From NCBI GenBank assembly GCA_963748165.1, contig CAVVIM010000004.1:1318-65317 (forward strand): DNA of 64,000 nucleotides, read 5' to 3'. Under the pieces are notes generated by a model. That model searched no databases. It was not told the origin of the DNA and was given only the letters and a program-made list of their open reading frames with translations. Shown here piece after piece: positions 38,550 through 47,638 of the stretch; position 1 is the stretch's first letter; every line of letters begins with the position of its first letter. A program made the translations under genes and the position numbers. The stretch comes from an uncultured Alphaproteobacteria bacterium (lineage in GTDB: Bacteria; Pseudomonadota; Alphaproteobacteria; Rhizobiales; Xanthobacteraceae).

Positions 38550-40286
38550 ATGGATTTTCAACAGATCGCCGGGGCGGCTTTCCGCGCCTTGACGGCCCGG
38601 AAGGACGGCCCGTCGCTGTACGAGGTGTGCGACCCCGTGCTGCAGAAATACCGCGGCGGCGACCCCCATCTCGGCCAGTTCTACCGGACCGCGCTCGGCA
38701 ATCCGGCGCTGCGCGCGCTGCTGCGCGGCGCCGGGCTGGCCGAATTGCGCGACGAGTCCGCGCTGTGCGCGCTGCGCCACGCGCTGGTGCGGGCGCGCGA
38801 CGATGAGGCGCCGGACTGGACCGCGATCGGCCAGCCGGTGGCGGCGCTGCTCGATACCATCGAGCCGTCGCACCCCGCGCCGGCGCCGGTTGCGCCGCCG
38901 GGACCCGCGCCGGGCCTCGCCGAAATCGAACAAATGATCCGCATCGCCGGCGCGCATCTGCTGCGCGCGTTCGGCAGCAACGGCTTCATCCCGACCTATG
39001 CCGCCTTCAACCTGATCGGCGATGCCGATCTGCGCGGCCGCGAATTGCTGATGGCGCTGACCGGGCTCACTTCGCGCGGCTACAAGAACTCGACGCTGCT
39101 GTTCAACCTGGCGCGGATCTTCATCGCCCGCTCGCCGGCCCGCGCGGCGATCAATCCGCCCTGGACCGGCATTGCCGAGCCGATGTGGCAGCCGATGCAG
39201 ATCCGCCATCGCTCCGCCTATTACGACGCCTTCTTCACCGAGGCGCTGCTCGGCTTTGTCGAAACCGGGCTTGCCTCGGCCGAAGAGACCCGCGCCGCCA
39301 AGCGCGCCATTGCCGACATGGTCGATTTCTGCCTCGTCACCAGCCGCGAGGACGTACGCGGGCGCGACGACCGCCTTGTCAGCGTCATCACCGCACTGGC
39401 GCCGCTGCCGCATCCGCGGTTTTCGCGGTTCTTCTCCGAGATCAAGCGGGACCTCGGCTTCGGCATCTATGTGCCGGATTGCGACACCACGGCCTGTTCG
39501 TTCTCGGCGGCGACCCAGGCCGGCTCGACCGATCCGATCCTGAGCCAGCCGCTGCTCGACTTCTATGCCGGCTACCAGGTCGACGGCGGCGCCAACGCGC
39601 CGCTGGTCACGGTGCCGATCAACGACAACATCGATTACGAAGGCGGCGTCGTCACCTGGATCGACAACCTCGCCGGCGAGCGGCCGTTCGGCAACGATCT
39701 CGATCCGACGCTCAACCTCGACATCCTCGAAGTCAGCTTTCGCAATGTGAGCCGATGGAAGATCATCGAGACGCCGCAGCGGCTCGCCACCATTCACCGC
39801 ATCATCGGCTTCCAGAAGCGGCTGGTCCTGAGCGGCGCCTTCCGCCTGCCGCGCTCGCACATCTATTATCTGCCGGAGCTTTATTGCGCCTATTTCGGCC
39901 GCTGCCATGCCGCGTTCGCCGCATTGCCGGAGGCTGCGCGCCGCGCGATCGATCCCGAAGGCAGCTTTGCGCTGATCCGGCAGCGCGTGCTCGGCTATGT
40001 CGAGGGCGAATTGATCGTGGCCGAGATGAACCCGTTCGACGCCGCGCTGGCGCTGATCGCGCTCGGCCATCTCGGCGCCAGCCTCGCGAGCTTCACCCCG
40101 GCCCTGCACTGCATCATCCGCCAGCTCGGCGAAGGCGGCCGGCACGGGCCGTTCAAGGCCTATGAATGGAACAAGATGAAAACCCCGACCCGCATCCTGG
40201 TCGGCGGCCCCGAGGTCACCTCCGCCTTTGTGCTGATGGGCCTCGCGCTGGCCCGCCGGGCGCTGCAGCGTGGCGGGCACCGGTAG
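38550..40286 (+). CDS. orphan hypothetical protein (578 aa, apparently helical, no signal peptide)
   Basis: Normal amino-acid composition, in contrast to the Arg/Ala/Gly-rich antisense ORF 38451..40472. ATG at 38550. Contains YVPDCDTTACSFSAA (39477-39494 encodes DCDTTA). I cannot assign a family with confidence. Confidence 0.7.
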   Translation: MDFQQIAGAAFRALTARKDGPSLYEVCDPVLQKYRGGDPHLGQFYRTALGNPALRALLRGAGLAELRDESALCALRHALVRARDDEAPDWTAIGQPVAALLDTIEPSHPAPAPVAPPGPAPGLAEIEQMIRIAGAHLLRAFGSNGFIPTYAAFNLIGDADLRGRELLMALTGLTSRGYKNSTLLFNLARIFIARSPARAAINPPWTGIAEPMWQPMQIRHRSAYYDAFFTEALLGFVETGLASAEETRAAKRAIADMVDFCLVTSREDVRGRDDRLVSVITALAPLPHPRFSRFFSEIKRDLGFGIYVPDCDTTACSFSAATQAGSTDPILSQPLLDFYAGYQVDGGANAPLVTVPINDNIDYEGGVVTWIDNLAGERPFGNDLDPTLNLDILEVSFRNVSRWKIIETPQRLATIHRIIGFQKRLVLSGAFRLPRSHIYYLPELYCAYFGRCHAAFAALPEAARRAIDPEGSFALIRQRVLGYVEGELIVAEMNPFDAALALIALGHLGASLASFTPALHCIIRQLGEGGRHGPFKAYEWNKMKTPTRILVGGPEVTSAFVLMGLALARRALQRGGHR

Positions 40287-40307
40287 GAGCGACGCGACCA
40301 GCCTCCG

Positions 40308-40348
40308 CGTCATTCCGGGGCGCGCGCAGCGCGAACCCGGAATGACGT
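40308..40348. repeat. REP family A copy 4 (short form: single hairpin CGTCATTCCGGG...CCCGGAATGACG)
   Basis: A perfect 12-bp stem with a 17-nt GC-rich loop, just after the stop of the 578-aa gene. Confidence 0.8.
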
Positions 40349-40490
40349 CGGAAGCGCGACGGCGCCTGAGCGGTCTTTCTCGCGTTAAGTTGAAAGCGGC
40401 GGTCCGCTCAAGCGCTGGTGCATCGGGCCGATCCGCACCACAATCCGGCCCCCTGTTGCGACCACCTCCCATTGAACGCGGCCCCTTTGC

Positions 40491-41217
40491 ATGTTGATGA
40501 AATTCCTGCTGGCGATTTTGCTCGCTTCTCTACCGGCACTGGCCCGCGCGGCCGACATCACCGGGGTTCCCAAGATCCATGATGGCGATCAGGTCGCGAT
40601 CGGCAGCAGCAAGATCCGGCTGGCCGGGATCGATGCGCCGTCGGTGGACCAGCTTTGCCTCAACCACAAGGGCGAACGCTGGACCTGCGGCGTCGCCGCG
40701 CGCGACGAACTGATGCACCATGTCGGCACCAAGAGCTGGACCTGTCACATCGACCCGCACCGACCGCCGCGGCCGCGCGCTGGCCAAATGCGAGGTCGAC
40801 GGCGAGGACATCCAGAAATGGCTGGTGACGAGCGGATGGGCGCTGGCCTATGTGCGCTTTTCCCATGATTACGACGCCGACGAAAAGGCCGCGCGCGAGG
40901 CCAAGGCCGGCATGTGGCAGGGCGCTTTCATCGCGCCCTGGGACTGGCGCATCCGCAACAAGAAGACGGTGATCCTCGGCGCCACCAAGCCGCCCCCCAA
41001 TGCCCATGCGATCCTGCTGGCGTCGGCGTCGGGCCCGGTCGCGCCCTCACCCGACTGCACCATCAAGGGCAACGTCAACAGCGCCGGCGAGTGCATCTAT
41101 CACACCCGCGCCAGCCGCTGGTACGCCCAGATCAAGATGCAGATCAGCAAGGGCACGCGCTGGTTCTGTTCGGTCGACGAGGCCGAAGCCGCCGGCTGCC
41201 GCGAGACCCGACGATAG
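40491..41217 (+). pseudogene. secreted thermonuclease (SNase)-like protein with a C-terminal Cys-containing domain; frame broken once
   Basis: ORF 40491..40868 carries the signal peptide MLMKFLLAILLASLPALARA and SNase-like KIRLAGIDAPSVDQLC...GERWTCG. ORF 40720..41217, in the +1 frame, continues with DRRGRALAKCEVDGEDIQKWLVTSGWALAY...AREAKAGMWQGAFIAPWDWR and ends IKGNVNSAGECIYHTRASRWY...RWFCSVDEAEAAGCR. The joint lies around 40745-40765. Confidence 0.75.
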
Positions 41218-41312
41218 CCTTCCCCTCCCGAATTCCGCGCATGCCCCCGATGCGCTTTGATTTCGCACCCGGCCATGCCAGCATGGCCGTCCACCAGCAA
41301 GGAACAGCAACC

Positions 41313-42500
41313 ATGGTCGTTCGCGCCGGCCGGGAATTTCTCGCGATCCCCGGTCCCACCACAATGCCCGACGAAGTGCTGCAGGCGATGCATCGTCCGG
41401 CGCTCGACATCTATTCCGACCAGATGGTGGAGCTGACCGACAGCCTGCTGCGCGATCTCGGCCGGCTGTTTGCCACCACCGGCCATTGCTACGTCTACAT
41501 CGCCAATGGTCATGGCGCCTGGGAAGCCACCATCAGCAATGTGCTGTCGCGCGGCGACAAGGTGCTGGTGCTGGAGAGCGGGCGCTTTGCCGTCAACTGG
41601 GGCAACGCTGCAGCCGCGATGGGCGCCGATGTCGAGGTGCTGAACGGCGACTGGCGCCGCGCGGTGCGGCCGGCCGAGGTCGAAGCCCGGCTGCGCCAGG
41701 ACAGGGATCACCGCATCAAGGCGATCATGGTGGCGCAGGTCGACACCGCCTCGGGCGCCGTCAACGACATCGAGGCGATCGGCAAGGCGATCCGCGCCAG
41801 CGGCCATCCCGCGCTGTTCATGGTCGATACGGTGGCCTCGCTCGGCTGCATGCCGTTCGAGATGGATGGCTGGGGCATCGACGTCGCCATGTCGGGCTCG
41901 CAGAAGGGCCTGATGTCGCCACCCGGCCTCGGCTTCGTCGCCGCCAACGACCGCGCCCGCGCCGTGCACAAGAATGCCGGATTGCGCACGCCCTATTGGG
42001 ACTGGACCGAGCGCGAAGGCCACGAGCATTACCGCAAATATGCCGGCACCGCGCCGATACACCTGTTGTTCGCGCTGCGCCGGGCCTTCGACATGCTGTT
42101 CGACGAAGGGCTCGACAACGTGTTCCGGCGCCATCGCCTGCTCGGCGAAGCGGTGCGCCGCGCGGTCGCGGCCTGGGCCGAGGGCCAGGTGCTCGGCTTC
42201 AACATCGCCGAAGCCGGCGAGCGCGCCGACACCGTCACCACCGTGACGATGTCGAACGGCCACGATCCGGTGGCGCTGCAACGCTACTGCAAGGAGAAAT
42301 GCGGCCTGGTGCTCGGGGTCGGCATCGGCGAACTGACCGGCCAGGCGTTCCGGATCGCCCATATGGGGCATGTCAACGCCCCGATGATCCTGGGCACGCT
42401 GGGGGTGATCGAGGTCGGGCTGAACGCGCTTGCCATCCCGCATGGCAAGGGCGGCACCGAGGCCGCGATCGAATGGCTCGGCGAAAAGGTCGGTGCCTGA
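41313..42500 (+). CDS. class V pyridoxal-phosphate aminotransferase (serine/alanine-glyoxylate aminotransferase-like)
   Basis: LAIPGPTTMPDEVLQAM...HGAWEATISNVL...VAQVDTASGAVNDI...VDTVASLGCMPFEMDGWGIDVAMSGSQKGLMSPPGLGF, where SQK carries the PLP lysine. ATG at 41313 after AAGGAA. Confidence 0.88.
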   Translation: MVVRAGREFLAIPGPTTMPDEVLQAMHRPALDIYSDQMVELTDSLLRDLGRLFATTGHCYVYIANGHGAWEATISNVLSRGDKVLVLESGRFAVNWGNAAAAMGADVEVLNGDWRRAVRPAEVEARLRQDRDHRIKAIMVAQVDTASGAVNDIEAIGKAIRASGHPALFMVDTVASLGCMPFEMDGWGIDVAMSGSQKGLMSPPGLGFVAANDRARAVHKNAGLRTPYWDWTEREGHEHYRKYAGTAPIHLLFALRRAFDMLFDEGLDNVFRRHRLLGEAVRRAVAAWAEGQVLGFNIAEAGERADTVTTVTMSNGHDPVALQRYCKEKCGLVLGVGIGELTGQAFRIAHMGHVNAPMILGTLGVIEVGLNALAIPHGKGGTEAAIEWLGEKVGA

Positions 42501-42566
42501 CGGCCTGCATGGCAATCGGCGCGTTCGAGCCCATATCACCAGATCACGGCACCGAACGAGGATCGA

Positions 42567-44684
42567 GTGACACAAGCAAGCAACGAGACCGCGTCGCGGC
42601 CGGCCCCGGTCGCGCCGCGCCGGCCGCATTCGTTCACCGCCCACGGCATCGCGGTGCGCGACGACTATGCCTGGCTGAAGGACGAAAACTGGCAGGACGT
42701 GCTGCGCGACCCTTCGATCCTGAACCCGGATATCCGGAGCTATCTGGAGGCGGAGAACGCCTACACCGACAGCCTGCTCGGCCATACCGCCGGCCTGCAA
42801 AAAACGCTGGTGGCGGAAATGCGCGGCCGGATCAAGGAGGACGATTCCAGCGTCCCCGCGCCGGATGGCCGCTATGCCTATTTTCGCAAATTCCGCGACG
42901 GCGGTCAGCACGAACTGTTCGGCCGCATGCCGCGCGACGGCGGCAAGAGCGAGATCGTCCTCGATGGCGATCATCTGGCAGCCGACCACGACTACTTCAA
43001 GTTCGGTGACGCGCGGCATTCACCCGATCATCGGCTCGAGGCCTGGAGCGCCGACATCAAGGGTTCGGAATACTTCTCGGTCCGGGTGCGCGACTGGGCC
43101 GACGGCAAGGACCGTGACGATCTGGTCGAGGAGACCGACGGCACCGTGGTGTGGAGCGCGGATTCGCGCGCCTTCTTCTATGTCAGGCTCGACGACAATC
43201 ACCGCCCGATGCAGGTCTGGCGCCACCGCCTCGGCACGGCCCAGGCGGATGACGTGCTCGTCCACCAGGAACAGGATGCCGGCTGGTTCACCCATATCCA
43301 TGAGAGCGCCAGCGGCCGTTTCTGCGTGATCGCCGGCGGCGACCACGAAACCTCGGAGCAGCGGCTGATCGACCTTGCCGATCTCGAAGCGCCGCCGCGC
43401 CTGGTCGCGGCGCGCGAGACCGGCGTGCAGTATTCGATCGCGGACCGCGGCGAGCAACTGTTCATTCTTACCAACGCCGATGGCGCCATCGACTTCAAGA
43501 TCGCCACCGCGCCGCTGGCTTCGCCGCAACGCATCCACTGGCGCGACCTGATCGCGCACCGCGCCGGCGTCTTCATCATCGACATCGAACTCTATGCCGG
43601 CCATCTGGTGCGGCTGGAGCGCGCCAACGCGCTGCCGGCCATCATCATCCGCGATCTCGAACGTGGCGACGAGCACGCCATCGCGTTCGACGAGACCGCC
43701 TATTCGCTCGACACCATGGGCGGCTACGAATTCGACACCACCAACCTGCGCTTTGCCTATTCGTCGATGACGACGCCGTCGGAAGTCTATGACTATGACA
43801 TGGCGAGCCGCGCGCGCAGCTTGCGCAAGCGCCAGGAAATTCCTTCCGGCCATGATCCGGCCGACTATGTCACCACCCGCATCATGGCGAAGTCCCATGA
43901 CGGCGCCGAGGTGCCGGTGTCGATCCTGCATCGCCGCGATCTCCGACGCGACGGCACCGCGCCGCTGCTGCTGTACGGCTACGGCTCCTACGGCATGGCG
44001 ATCCCGGCGTCGTTCTCCGCCAACCGGCTATCGCTGGTCGACCGCGGCTTCGTCTATGCCATCGCCCATATCCGCGGCGGCTCCGACAAGGGCTGGGGCT
44101 GGTATCTCGACGGCAAGCGCGCCAGAAAGACCAACAGCTTCGATGATTTCGCGGCCTCCGCGCGCGCGCTGATCGAGGCCGGATATAGCGGCGTCCAGCG
44201 CATCGTCGGCCATGGCGGCAGCGCCGGCGGCATGCTGATGGGCGCGGTCGCCAATCGCGCCGGCGAGCTGTTTGCCGGCATCGTCGCCGAAGTGCCGTTC
44301 GTCGACGTGCTCAACACCATGCTCGACGACAGCCTGCCGCTGACGCCGCCGGAATGGCCGGAATGGGGCAACCCGATCGAAAGCGCCGCCGATTTCCGCA
44401 CCATCCTGTCCTACTCGCCCTACGACAATGTCGCCGCCAAGGATTATCCGGCGATCCTGGCGATGGGCGGGCTGACCGATCCGCGCGTGACCTATTGGGA
44501 GCCGGCGAAATGGATTGCGCGGCTGCGCCCGACCATGACCGGCGGCGGCCCGGTGTTGTTGCGCACCAATATGGGCGCCGGCCATGGCGGTGCCTCCGGC
44601 CGCTTCGACCGTCTCGACGAAGTCGCGATCGCCTATGCGTTCGCGCTATGGGCGGTCGGATTGGCGAAAAAGCGAGCGGCTTGA
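42567..44684 (+). CDS. ptrB: S9 family serine peptidase, oligopeptidase B type
   Basis: 705 aa with an N-terminal beta-propeller and a C-terminal hydrolase domain. Contains GHGGSAGGMLMGAV (GxSxGG nucleophile elbow) and later D and H contexts (GGLTDPRVTYWEPAKW; GAGHGG). GTG start after GAGGA. Confidence 0.88.
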   Translation: MTQASNETASRPAPVAPRRPHSFTAHGIAVRDDYAWLKDENWQDVLRDPSILNPDIRSYLEAENAYTDSLLGHTAGLQKTLVAEMRGRIKEDDSSVPAPDGRYAYFRKFRDGGQHELFGRMPRDGGKSEIVLDGDHLAADHDYFKFGDARHSPDHRLEAWSADIKGSEYFSVRVRDWADGKDRDDLVEETDGTVVWSADSRAFFYVRLDDNHRPMQVWRHRLGTAQADDVLVHQEQDAGWFTHIHESASGRFCVIAGGDHETSEQRLIDLADLEAPPRLVAARETGVQYSIADRGEQLFILTNADGAIDFKIATAPLASPQRIHWRDLIAHRAGVFIIDIELYAGHLVRLERANALPAIIIRDLERGDEHAIAFDETAYSLDTMGGYEFDTTNLRFAYSSMTTPSEVYDYDMASRARSLRKRQEIPSGHDPADYVTTRIMAKSHDGAEVPVSILHRRDLRRDGTAPLLLYGYGSYGMAIPASFSANRLSLVDRGFVYAIAHIRGGSDKGWGWYLDGKRARKTNSFDDFAASARALIEAGYSGVQRIVGHGGSAGGMLMGAVANRAGELFAGIVAEVPFVDVLNTMLDDSLPLTPPEWPEWGNPIESAADFRTILSYSPYDNVAAKDYPAILAMGGLTDPRVTYWEPAKWIARLRPTMTGGGPVLLRTNMGAGHGGASGRFDRLDEVAIAYAFALWAVGLAKKRAA

Positions 44685-44779
44685 GCCAGTTCGCTTGGTC
44701 GCAGGGCCTGGATCCTACCCCTCTGTTGACGGCGAAACGCCATCGGACCCCGGCCCTCCAAAAAGTCTGTCCCCGGACC

Positions 44780-44817
44780 GGGAACCTTTGCGGCAGCTTC
44801 GCGTTCCCACGGGAACG
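44780..44817. promoter_or_regulatory. GGGAAC / GTTCCC-AC-GGGAAC inverted-repeat cluster upstream of the MFS gene
   Basis: GGGAAC at 44780-44785, GTTCCC at 44803-44808 and GGGAAC at 44811-44816. The core CGTTCCC-AC-GGGAACG is a perfect 16-bp palindrome 40-55 bp upstream of the ATG at 44858. Confidence 0.25.
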
Positions 44818-44857
44818 CCTCTTCCGCCTGGAAGTGGCGGTTGGGGAGGAAGCAGCC

Positions 44858-46219
44858 ATGGCAACCCTTGGGGTCGACGTCACTCCGCTCACCGCATCCG
44901 AACATCAGGTCCAGCTCCGCCGCGCCGTGATCGCGTCCACGATCGGCACCGCGATCGAGTGGTACGATTTCTTCCTCTACAGCACCGTCACCGGCCTCGT
45001 CTTCGCCAAGCTGTTTTTCCCGCATTCCGATCCCTGGGTCGGCACGCTTGAGGCCTTTGCCATCTATGCCGTCGGCTTTGTGGCACGCCCGATCGGCGCC
45101 GCCATTTTCGGGCATTATGGCGACCGCATCGGCCGCAAATCGACCCTGATCGCGACCTTGCTGCTGATGGGCCTGGCGACCTTCGCGGTGGCGCTGGTTC
45201 CGACCTATCAGAGCATCGGCATCTGGGGCGCGGTGCTCCTGACCATATTGCGGTTCATCCAGGGCGTCGGCGTCGGCGGCGAATGGGGCGGCTCGGTGCT
45301 GATGTCGATGGAGTGGGCGCGCACCGACAACTCGCGCGGGCTGGTCGCGTCCTGGCCGCAATTCGGCGTGCCCTGCGGGCTCTTCCTCGCCAATCTGGCG
45401 GTGCTTGCCTTCAGCCAGATGTCGGGCGATCAGTTTCTCGCCTGGGGCTGGCGCATCCCGTTCGCGCTCAGCCTCGTCCTCGTCGGCGTCGGGCTCTATA
45501 TCCGGCTCGGCATTCTGGAGACGCCGGTGTTCACCAAGCTGCTTGCGGAGCAAAAGGTCGACCGCACCCCGATGCTGACCGTCATTCGACAGCATCCGAG
45601 GGAGATCCTGCTGTCGGCGTTTGCCCGCATGGCCGAACAGGCGCCGTTCTATATCTTCACCGCCTTCATCTTTTCCTACGGGATCGGCACGCTGCACGTC
45701 TCGCGCGACTTCCTGCTCACCGCCGTGCTGGCGGCCTCACTGGTGTCGTTCATCTCGATTCCGTTGTTCGGTCATCTGTCCGACCGCATCGGCCGCAAGA
45801 ACATGTACATGATCGGCGCGGTGGTGATGGGCATTTTCGGCTTCATCTATTTCGCGATGCTGAACACCGGCTCGGAAGCGGTGATCTTCCTGGCAGTGAT
45901 ACTCTCACTGATTCCCCACGACATGTTGTACGGTCCGCAGGCCGCGCTGATTGCCGAAAGCTTTACCGGGCGGCTGCGCTACAGCGGCGCTTCGCTGGGG
46001 TACCAGCTCGCATCGATCATCGCGGGCGGCCCGGCGCCGCTGATCGCTACCTGGCTGTTCGCCAGCTATCATTCGCCCTACGCCATTGCGATCTATATCG
46101 CCATTTGCGCCGTCATCACCCTGGTCGCAACCGCCCTGATGACCGACTACACCGGCAGGGATATCTCCGGAGAATATCAGACGAAGGCGATGGCGGGTGG
46201 CAGCGGGGCCGGTCGCTGA
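44858..46219 (+). CDS. MFS transporter, metabolite:H+ symporter (MHS) family
   Basis: GTAIEWYDFFLYSTVTGLVFAKLFFP...RPIGAAIFGHYGDRIGRKSTLI...ILRFIQGVGVGGEWGG is the MHS signature pattern (ProP/KgtP/ShiA-like). GGGGAGGA precedes the ATG at 44858. Confidence 0.9.
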   Translation: MATLGVDVTPLTASEHQVQLRRAVIASTIGTAIEWYDFFLYSTVTGLVFAKLFFPHSDPWVGTLEAFAIYAVGFVARPIGAAIFGHYGDRIGRKSTLIATLLLMGLATFAVALVPTYQSIGIWGAVLLTILRFIQGVGVGGEWGGSVLMSMEWARTDNSRGLVASWPQFGVPCGLFLANLAVLAFSQMSGDQFLAWGWRIPFALSLVLVGVGLYIRLGILETPVFTKLLAEQKVDRTPMLTVIRQHPREILLSAFARMAEQAPFYIFTAFIFSYGIGTLHVSRDFLLTAVLAASLVSFISIPLFGHLSDRIGRKNMYMIGAVVMGIFGFIYFAMLNTGSEAVIFLAVILSLIPHDMLYGPQAALIAESFTGRLRYSGASLGYQLASIIAGGPAPLIATWLFASYHSPYAIAIYIAICAVITLVATALMTDYTGRDISGEYQTKAMAGGSGAGR

Positions 46220-46242
46220 AACCCAGCGAAGCGCTGGCCGGA

Positions 46243-46449
46243 TCAGTCCAGCCGGCTGATCTGTTCCTCGGTTACCACGCGTTCGATATTTTCGGTCTTG
46301 CTCTTGATGCGGTAGCGCGGGCGTCCATCGGACTCGATCGGCAGGCATGTGACAATGGTGTAGACGCTGCGCTGCTTGATGTCGGCGCGACCCTGCGGAC
46401 CCTGCAACTGATGATGAACGTCGTCATTGATCGCGAAATGATGGACCAT
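46243..46449 (-). CDS. small hypothetical protein (68 aa)
   Basis: ATG start and balanced composition (YTIVTCLPIESDGRPRYRIKSKTENIERVVTEEQISRLD). No family was recognised. Confidence 0.5.
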   Translation of the reverse strand: MVHHFAINDDVHHQLQGPQGRADIKQRSVYTIVTCLPIESDGRPRYRIKSKTENIERVVTEEQISRLD

Positions 46450-46504
46450 CTTCTGTCTTTCCGTTGAAGACGGGCTTTTATGGCGCTTTCGGGCGAAGCG
46501 GCTA

Positions 46505-46580
46505 CCGGGTCGCGCGAAGAAAGCGTGTCAAAACAGCAACTAAAGCCCGGTTCTGATTCAATCAGGACCGCATAGGCTTT
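46505..46580. repeat. intergenic repeat family B copy 2 (inverted orientation)
   Basis: CCGGGTCGCGCGAAGAAAGCGTGTCAAAACAGCAACTAAAGCCCGGTTCTGATTCAATCAGGACCG is the reverse complement of the family B consensus. Confidence 0.8.
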
Positions 46581-46748
46581 AATCGCAACCGCCCTGTGAC
46601 GCAACCGATCTGATCGGCTAGCGGCGCCGCGGCGGTTAGATTCCGTCAGACCGTAGCGTCGCGGCATCACCATGCGCGGGCGTCCGCCGGATAGCTTCGG
46701 CAACCGCCGTCTTGCCGGGTCAGATGTCCGGATCGGGTCTCCGGATGG

Positions 46749-47210
46749 TCAGCTACCGGTCAGCGTCCTGGCTCCGGCCTCGTAGACGCCGTCGATTGCT
46801 TTCTTGGCCTCGGCATCCGGCGCGCCCTCGGCATCGTAGGTGCCCTCCCATTTCAGGACGGATCCCTTGGCGTCATCGGTCACGCTGATGGTCGAGTGAT
46901 AGTTCGTGACCGGCAGCGAGCCTGACAGCATGGTGTACACGTAGCTGTGATTGGCGTTGTCCCAGCTCTCCAGCGCCTCGACAAGAGTTCCGCCACCCTT
47001 GAGCGACAGCGTGCGCTGCTTGCCGTCCGCACTGAGGACGCACTTCTCGATCGCCGGATGCCACGCGGCGATCCCGCAGAAATCGCCGACTTTTTTCCAC
47101 AACGCGTCGGTCGACATCGACGATGTCATGATCACGGTCGAGTCCAATGCGAGAGCGGGAAGGGTCGAAATGCCGAGCGCCGCCATCGCGGCCAGAGCCG
47201 TATAATGCAT
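46749..47210 (-). CDS. SRPBCC-superfamily protein (polyketide cyclase/dehydrase-like) with signal peptide
   Basis: 153 aa. Signal peptide MHYTALAAMAALGISTLPALA|LD. WKKVGDFCGIAAWHPAIEKC...ESWDNANHSYVYTM... is typical of the SRPBCC fold family. Confidence 0.75.
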   Translation of the reverse strand: MHYTALAAMAALGISTLPALALDSTVIMTSSMSTDALWKKVGDFCGIAAWHPAIEKCVLSADGKQRTLSLKGGGTLVEALESWDNANHSYVYTMLSGSLPVTNYHSTISVTDDAKGSVLKWEGTYDAEGAPDAEAKKAIDGVYEAGARTLTGS

Positions 47211-47347
47211 CGCTTGTATCCTTGCTGGGCCGTTTGTCGTGGATTCTTCCGATCCAATCGGGCGATTTTACGCCTTGTGCCTGCCACATCTCGCCCCAAA
47301 ACGGGCCCTCCGAGCCAGCATCGCCACCCGCCATCGCCGCCGTCCGA

Positions 47348-47638
47348 TCAGGACCGGCCGACAGCGCCTCGTCGGCCAAGGATCAGCTTCAGCCAAAGCG
47401 GCGAATGGAACGCGCTCATGAGCAGGTACATGGTGACCATTCCATCAAGCGCCGTCCCCGACCCCGACGAACAGAGCCTGTCCATCGGGCTCCCGCCCAG
47501 ACCCGTCAACAGGGCCATGATCGCGAAAATGGGGGTTGCGGCCAGGCCCAGCCATTCGGCCAGGCCGACGGCCGTCCCGGCACCCCCGTCATCACGGCTC
47601 GCGCCGCCGGTTGGGCGGGCGGGATGGGCCCCGGTCAT
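47348..47638 (-). CDS. small hypothetical membrane protein
   Basis: Its ATG at 47638 overlaps the upstream DUF899 stop (ATGA overlap). Two hydrophobic segments are present (WLGLAATPIFAIMALLTGL; MVTMYLLMSAFHSPLWL). Confidence 0.45.
   Translation of the reverse strand: MTGAHPARPTGGASRDDGGAGTAVGLAEWLGLAATPIFAIMALLTGLGGSPMDRLCSSGSGTALDGMVTMYLLMSAFHSPLWLKLILGRRGAVGRS

Noticed and set aside
38451-40472. 673-aa minus-strand ORF opposite the orphan 578-aa gene
   Set aside because: I compared both strands because neither has a recognised family. The plus-strand product has balanced composition (Phe, Tyr, Ile, Asn and Lys present, with helical periodicity). The minus-strand product is Arg/Ala/Gly/Asp-rich and starts in REP sequence, so the plus strand is preferred.
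41100-43019. 639-aa minus-strand ORF opposite the aminotransferase and oligopeptidase B starts
   Set aside because: It is a shadow ORF crossing two well-supported plus-strand genes and their intergenic region.
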